Below the pieces are notes generated by a model that did not search any database, was not told where the DNA came from, and saw only the letters and a list, made by a program, of their open reading frames with translations. From assembly GCF_009914755.1 (NCBI RefSeq), contig NC_060932.1: 64,000 nucleotides of DNA. One strand, given 5' to 3'. The position numbers were made by a program, and so were the translations under genes. Within the stretch, counting starts at the first letter, position 1; each line of letters starts with the position of its first letter. This document shows, piece by piece, positions 58,095-64,000 of this stretch. This DNA comes from the human T2T-CHM13v2.0 reference genome, Homo sapiens.

Positions 58095-58432
58095 CAAACT
58101 GTTACCTTCATTCTTTGTCTTTTCCTAATGGTCTTCTTTGTCTCGCAGTTGCCCCATATCCTCCTCCATCTCCATCCCTTCCCTCCATTCTCTAGCTAAT
58201 ATTAGTCATTCTTAAACCAGTAATCTTCCTCTCTAGGATGCCAGGCATACTCTTTTTGTGCTTCCCCTGAGTGCACATCTTTTTATTGAAATTACTGTGT
58301 TTCCTTTGTATTTGTACAGTTGATGTCATCTCCTCAAAGAGAGCAATTGCACCTTGTTTACCGTTGAATCCCCATTGCCAAGCAAAATGTTGAGTACATG
58401 GAAAGTACTCCAGACATATTTGTTGAATTGAG
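58095..58432 (+). mobile_element. L2 3' fragment
   Basis: TCTTCCTCTAGGATGCC..GTACTCCAGACATATTTGTTGAATTGA. Confidence 0.65.
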
Positions 58433-59163
58433 CTCTCCGCAGTTTGTCTTTGGTGCAAAGAAAGCAATTAGAGTCCCCCATGGTTACATGAGCCCCGCTT
58501 CGTCTTCCTCTGACCAGAGGCTTCCCTGGAAACTCTTATTTTTGCTTTCTTCTAACTTTCCTTTTCTATTGCAAAATGTCTAATGTATTTTCAAAGTCTT
58601 GGTTTCTTTTCTAAACACTGCAGGAGTCTGCCAATTTTAGACTGTCATGTTTGCAAGAGTCATCTAAAAAGGGATGAATTGTTTCTTTTTTTATCATTTC
58701 AAAACACATTAAAACACAATTTGTGAAAGAAACGTAGAATAGTTTTTTTTTTCAAAAAGTTAATAGGAATGAATTTTGCTTTTTACTGAGATTGCATGAA
58801 ATCACATCACAGGATGCCTTAAGGGGAGGGGTGGGAAGCAAGTAGCTAGAACAACTTTTGCTTGTGAGTTTTATTTTACATAGCAAGAGTGAACAAAGTC
58901 ACTCACCTTTCATTTTTTCTCTAACACAATATGCTCTGAATGTTCTCATCCTTCTAATCCAGTAGCAAACTCTGTCTCCTAAGCTAATTTGGATTTCCAT
59001 CTTCTCCCTGCTCACTCCTCTGTGGTTATCTGAAGCCCAGGGGGACCTCACTGTCCATATCCAGGAGTGTTGGTCTCAGGATGGTTATCACTGACCTTAG
59101 ACTCTTGAAGTTGGTAGTATCACTGCTCCTGGGCCTACTTTGGGCAGAAGGATGTTTTTTAGA

Positions 59164-59190
59164 CCAGAGCCCAGAGCCCAGAGCCCAGAG
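59164..59190. repeat. (CCAGAGC)x4 short tandem repeat
   Basis: CCAGAGCCCAGAGCCCAGAGCCCAGAGC. Confidence 0.85.
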
Positions 59191-59683
59191 CTGTGCATTC
59201 CTAAATTAATTATACAACAATTCCCTTCTGAGGGCTTTGCATCTCCTCATGCATTCAAAAGTGTGGGACAGATCAACTCCATGTTGAAACATTTTGGACA
59301 TCTGTCACCTTTCCAGTATTGGGAGGAATTTCCTCAAAAAGCTACATGTCCCTTCTCCCTCTTTGAGACTCTAGTTCTAATGTTTTACCTCTAGGATAAT
59401 TCGGCTCTTTCTGAAAATAAAAGCATTTCACTATGATGAAGGTTATAGACAGGAAGTTCCAGAGGTCTACAGCTCAAAAGCCTGCTATCCTCAAATCCCT
59501 CCTTACACTCCAGAAGTATAGGGGAGCAGAGTAAGGAGGGAAAAATATTCATTCTTTCTGATATTTCTACATTAGTAGGAATTAGTATTAATATTTTACT
59601 GAGACACCGATTATCCTGCCACATGACAATTTATTGTATACCTACCATGTTTCAGAAGTTTCCTTAAGTACTTTACATGTTCC

Positions 59684-60140
59684 TTATCTTGGTGCATTCT
59701 GTGTTGCTATGAAGGAATACCTGAGGCTGGGTAGTTTATTGAAAAATGAGGTTTATTTAGCTCACACCTCTGCAGGCTGTACGAGAAGCATGTCACTGGC
59801 ATCTGCTCAGCTTCTGGTGCGGGCATTTGTGCAGAGACAAAACATGGCAGAGAAGGTCAAGGGGAAGTGGGCTCGTAGGAAGAGGGGCCAAACCCAGGGC
59901 ATCCTAGTTTTATAAGATCTCACTTCCACAGAACTAATCAATTCCCTTGAGAACCAACCCAGTCTCACAAAAGTAAGAACTCACTCACTACCATGATAGC
60001 AGCACGGAGCTTCTCATCAGAGATCCACCTCTATGAATCAAATACCTCCAGCTCAGCCCCGCCTCCCAACACTGCCACACTGAAGATTTAATTTCAACAT
60101 GAGATTTAGTGGGGACAAACAACCATATCCAAGCCATAGC
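59684..60140 (-). mobile_element. MST (MSTB-like) MaLR LTR inserted in a MIR (MIR ~59625-59683 and 60141-60250)
   Basis: GTGTTGCTATGAAGGAATACCTGAGGCTGGG..ACCATATCCAAGCCATAGC; MIR-like flanks. Confidence 0.85.
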
Positions 60141-60391
60141 TCACCTCATGTAAGACCCATAACAAATTTACAAGGATACTGTATTGGTGAATAAACCAAA
60201 ATTTCGAGAGGTAAAATTGTGCAAGATATCACAGTTGTTATTGGTCAATCTAAGAAACAAATTGTGACTTTAAATTTGGAATCTCATAAACTGAAATACT
60301 CTGCTAGCTAGAAGTCTGGCGAACCTGAAAATAACATGTTTTTGCACAGAAATTGGATCTTCAATGATGGAATAACAGTACTGCTCTATGT

Positions 60392-60734
60392 GGCCGAGCG
60401 CAGTGGCTCACGCCTGTAATCCCAGCACTTTGGGAGGCCGAGACGGGCGGATCAACGAGGTCAGGAAATCGAGACCATCCCGGCTAACACGGTGAAACCC
60501 CGTCTCTACTGAAAAAAATACAAAAAAATTAGCCGGGTGTAGTGGCGGGCGCCTATAGTCCCAGCTACTCGGGAGGCTGAGGCAGGAGAATGGCGTGAAC
60601 CCGGGAGGCGGGAGCTCGCAGTGAGCCGAGATCGTGCCACTGCACTCCAGCCTGGCGACAGAGCGAGACTCCGTCTCAAAAACAAAAACAAAAACAAAAA
60701 AACCAAAACAAACAAACAAACAAACAAAACAAAC
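60392..60734 (+). mobile_element. AluY, CpG-rich
   Basis: Perfect 16-bp TSD CAGTACTGCTCTATGT (60376-60391 / 60735-60750); GAATGGCGTGAACCCGGG. Confidence 0.97.
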
Positions 60735-60984
60735 CAGTACTGCTCTATGTATAATCCTAGGCAAAGGCCTTTCCTTTTTCAGTGTGAAAGATAATGGATT
60801 TTCAGAAGGGGAATTTTTATTTAAGATTTACTGTTTGTATGTTCTTAGCGTCTTTCCCAGAACCTTGGGCATTGCAAATGTTCCATGTTTATATAAATGC
60901 ATAAAATGTTTTTATTGAAGAAATTTATCTCTAATGGTGGTTAAATCATAGAATTTCAAGTTATTTGGATCTCAACAGGGAAAG

Positions 60985-61195
60985 GGGTTTAGTGGAAAGA
61001 GCATAAGTTTTAAATCACTTCTCTTGGATTCTGGCTCAGCCACTAGGTAATCAAGTCCCGGTTACTTTGCAGCTCTGAATTAGATTTCCAGCTCTGTAGA
61101 ATGGAATTAATGACTGTTGTCTATGAAGGGTGTTATGAGGATTAAACTCTCAGTCTATGTGAGTCTTTAATACACAGCAAGCATCCAGGGAGTTT
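60985..61195 (+). mobile_element. MIR
   Basis: TAGTGGAAAGAGCAT..CTGGCTCAGCCACT..TCTGTAGAATGG..GTTATGAGGATTAAA. Confidence 0.75.
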
Positions 61196-62029
61196 CTTTC
61201 CTCTTTTATCCTCCCACTGGCACAGGCAATCATGCCTGGCCACTCATAATCACGTAGATTCACGGAATAATATGGGCCTTCATGTATTTTTTAAGGGTGG
61301 GCTGCATCTTCTGGTAACACACCATCACTGTGTGAATTCTATCTGCCCTCATCTGACTCCCAGTCATTGATGATGGAAGGCAGTTTGGTCAGATTCTGGG
61401 AGAAACACTAAAAAACTCAATAGTCAGAGATGCTGGTTCCCAATGACTTGCAGCCTGATAGCCAAAGAAAGGTCATTTACTTCAATATCTAAAGTATATG
61501 AGAGGAAAGGAAGGAGCTAATATGAGTTGCATATAAGGGGCTGGAACATTTCATGGCAGGGAGAGAAGAAAGTCCCAGTTGAGGGTTCACTAATGCTTTT
61601 GTGGGAAAGAGGGAAAGAGGGCCTTCAGGTCTTGAAGGGCAAGTTTGATTAGGGGAGGTCAGAAAAAGAAAACTAAAAAAAACCTACAAAGAAAAAAAGT
61701 ATTTGTTATTGTTAAACCAAAATCATCTCTATGAAAATCAACTTTAAAGACCAAATAGTTATCAGCAATTAATCTCCATAGTGAAATGCCTCACATTATC
61801 CAGTTCACATGGAATACTTTTATAGTAACCACAGATTCTGCTTAAAGTGGATGTATACTCTTCCCCCTCCCTTCCAAACTAGTTCCATGCTCCTGAAAAC
61901 ATTATCTGTGAAATATAAATATAATTGGTGGGATACTCTAATGGAAGTAAAAAGAATCAAACTCAATTTCCTTAAAAGCCAATTTCCAAGGCACATTCTC
62001 TAAAAGCAGTATCCACTGGAGGGACTTGG

Positions 62030-62429
62030 CTGAACTGAGGGAGGCAGAATGGAAAAAAACAATGGCCCAAGCAGGGAAATGTTATTAGAAAAGTTCAGCT
62101 GTGTCTAATCCAGGTGTCGGGGGTTAGAAGAGTGGTTGAGGGCACACACTATAGTGCACAAATTCCACCTTGCAGAAAGCTGGTCTGACTTTGTACCATG
62201 GTATCAATTAATTAGTTGTGGATGCTCCAGGGTATGCGTGAGTGGAGGGCTTTCATGGGGTGTAAACTCCCAGGCACGTGGGGTCAGGGGACTCCTCTCT
62301 GCAGTGGGCAATTCTCCAATGAAAGTTGTGTAGGTGAAAGCCATGATCTGCAGCATTTGCAGCAGCTAGGTGAGGGTGTCCCCAGGAGCAAAGAAAAATC
62401 TGGGTAGGACACTAACAACATCTGTTGTA
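62030..62429 (-). mobile_element. Ancient ERVL 3' LTR (LTR33/LTR41-like)
   Basis: Ends ATCTGGGTAGGACACTAACAACATCTGTTGTA, adjoining internal sequence. Confidence 0.55.
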
Positions 62430-64000
62430 TTCTTCTCTTTAAATCTCTCACATCCACTTGATTATCATATGAGTTCTCTCTATCCAAGTGTAGCATTCCC
62501 AGGATTCTCTGGGAACTTACCAGAGGAAGGTTGGTGGGACAGACTATAGTCTCCAAAGCTACAGTGTGTCACGAGACTACAGCTAGTATTCAACACCACT
62601 CTCCTTTCTCTACCACCCTTTGTAGATTTGGCTCCATCTCAGCTAACACTTCTCTGGTCCAGGTTAGTTTTCTTCTGTAAGGGGTGGGAGCCTCTGATTT
62701 GCATGCACTTATCAGCCTGTGGCTGCTGTACTTGCCCAGTGACAGTTGGGTCTGGGAGCACCAAGAGATGCCATCATGGAACACTATAGTGGGAAACATA
62801 TTACCTTTCCTGCCTTTATTACGAGTTCTCACCACTCTCCCTGTGGAAGGAAGTACATGAAATGTGCTTATCACCAAATGGCCAGCTGGTCTCCAAGAAG
62901 AATGGTACCATTTGGGGGACTGACACCTGTTCTTTTTTGCTGACATGTCAAAATTCAGTGAGGGCAGTGGCTACACAATCCCTGATGAGAGGGAACTCCA
63001 GTTATTGGGCCCAGCACAGCCTGCACCTCTGCCACCATAGCAGTGGTATTCATGAGCCCATCTGTAAGCATGGGAGTATCAAAGAACAAAGGCAAGTTGA
63101 CATCAGTCAAGCAATCCATCCTGTCTACGTGGTTGTTTAGTGACTACTCTGCAGTGGATGCTTTCTGGTAGGAATTAACATACAATAAAAATATTTTCAC
63201 ACTTTTTGTCAATTTGTAAGTCTATCCATATAATCTTGCCTAATCAAGCATCATTCACTACTGCCCATTGGGACATATATGTCTCTACCTTGGATTATTT
63301 CTGCTTCCACACAAAGCAGATGATGTGGTGCAAGGCTCAAGCCCCTAGCCCTTAGAGCATTTCCCTCATCATAGTCTCTTAGGGAATTTTTGAGTAGGGT
63401 CAGGGCATAGCAGCAGTTCTGGCTTGCACAAACTTGCTGAGCTGACCCATCTGTAAATCAGGCTTGGGCATTTGCTTCCTTTTTTAGCTGGTTGTGGGGA
63501 ACCCCTCATGAGGCTACTGGTGTGAATTGAAAGAGACCTATCAAGGCAACACTGGCCAATGACATGGAGGCCTTAGCCACCTGTTTCTGAAGCCTAGGTC
63601 TTCCCTTTGCACTATGTAAGCCCACTGTCAATGTTTCACTCCTACCTTATAACTGATGGATGCTGCATGGCCTGACAATAGAAGCCATTGTATGCAACAG
63701 TACGGATCTAATGGTGGGCAGTGACAGCCTTATGGGCAGTTTGGTGTGCTGTATCCAGATGCTCTCTTTCTCAGGGCCTGGTAGCATGCCAGAAGCTGCT
63801 TTTCAAATGGTATTTGGACTTTGCTGCAGGCAGCCTGGTCTTACTCTGAGAATCTAGGGCCTGCACTGTGCCTCTCTTATTGACTCTTGCTGGAGGTGCC
63901 ACATGGTGTCTTTTCCCAACACAGAAACATTTAGTACCAGGGGTTCTGCCAGGCCATATGGCCCAATTTGCAGAGACGGCTGTAGAGCAGCCAAGACCTG
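62430..64000 (-). pseudogene. Ancient ERVL internal region: decayed pol RNase H and integrase
   Basis: Minus-strand remnants FTDGSA (~63445), KIF..VNSYQK..NNHVDRM, WAHE..GGRG and CQQKR..GTI..GDQ match ERVL pol motifs. Confidence 0.8.

Noticed and set aside
60408-60918. Alu-overlapping ORFs (also at 11949, 21492, 35454, 38014, 42327)
   Set aside because: Typical Alu-derived translations, not genes.

Overview
This is primate (human-like) non-coding genomic DNA, AT-rich and dominated by interspersed repeats. I see no intact protein-coding gene, RNA gene or CRISPR array. Bases 1-6244 are the 3' half of a decayed class I ERV (HERV-I/IP10-like pol, env, PPT, 3' LTR). Its env is split by an antisense LTR12 solo LTR with a GTAT target-site duplication (TSD). 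From 7-20 kb there is a cluster of solo LTRs, several with TSDs still visible. The rest is L1, L2, MIR, Alu, DNA-transposon and ERVL relics separated by unique stretches. Almost all ORFs in the supplied track are repeat-derived or chance. The sequence does not support a new multi-gene system. The best leads are a CpG-retaining promoter-like element with a CRE-like palindrome and splice donor (~31.7 kb), a 24-nt microexon candidate next to nested inverted repeats (~49.1-49.5 kb), an enhancer-like motif cluster with an AGGTCA palindrome (~23.4-23.7 kb), and several DNA-repair or retrotransposition scars. Repeat subfamily names come from recalled consensus sequences and need RepeatMasker/Dfam confirmation.
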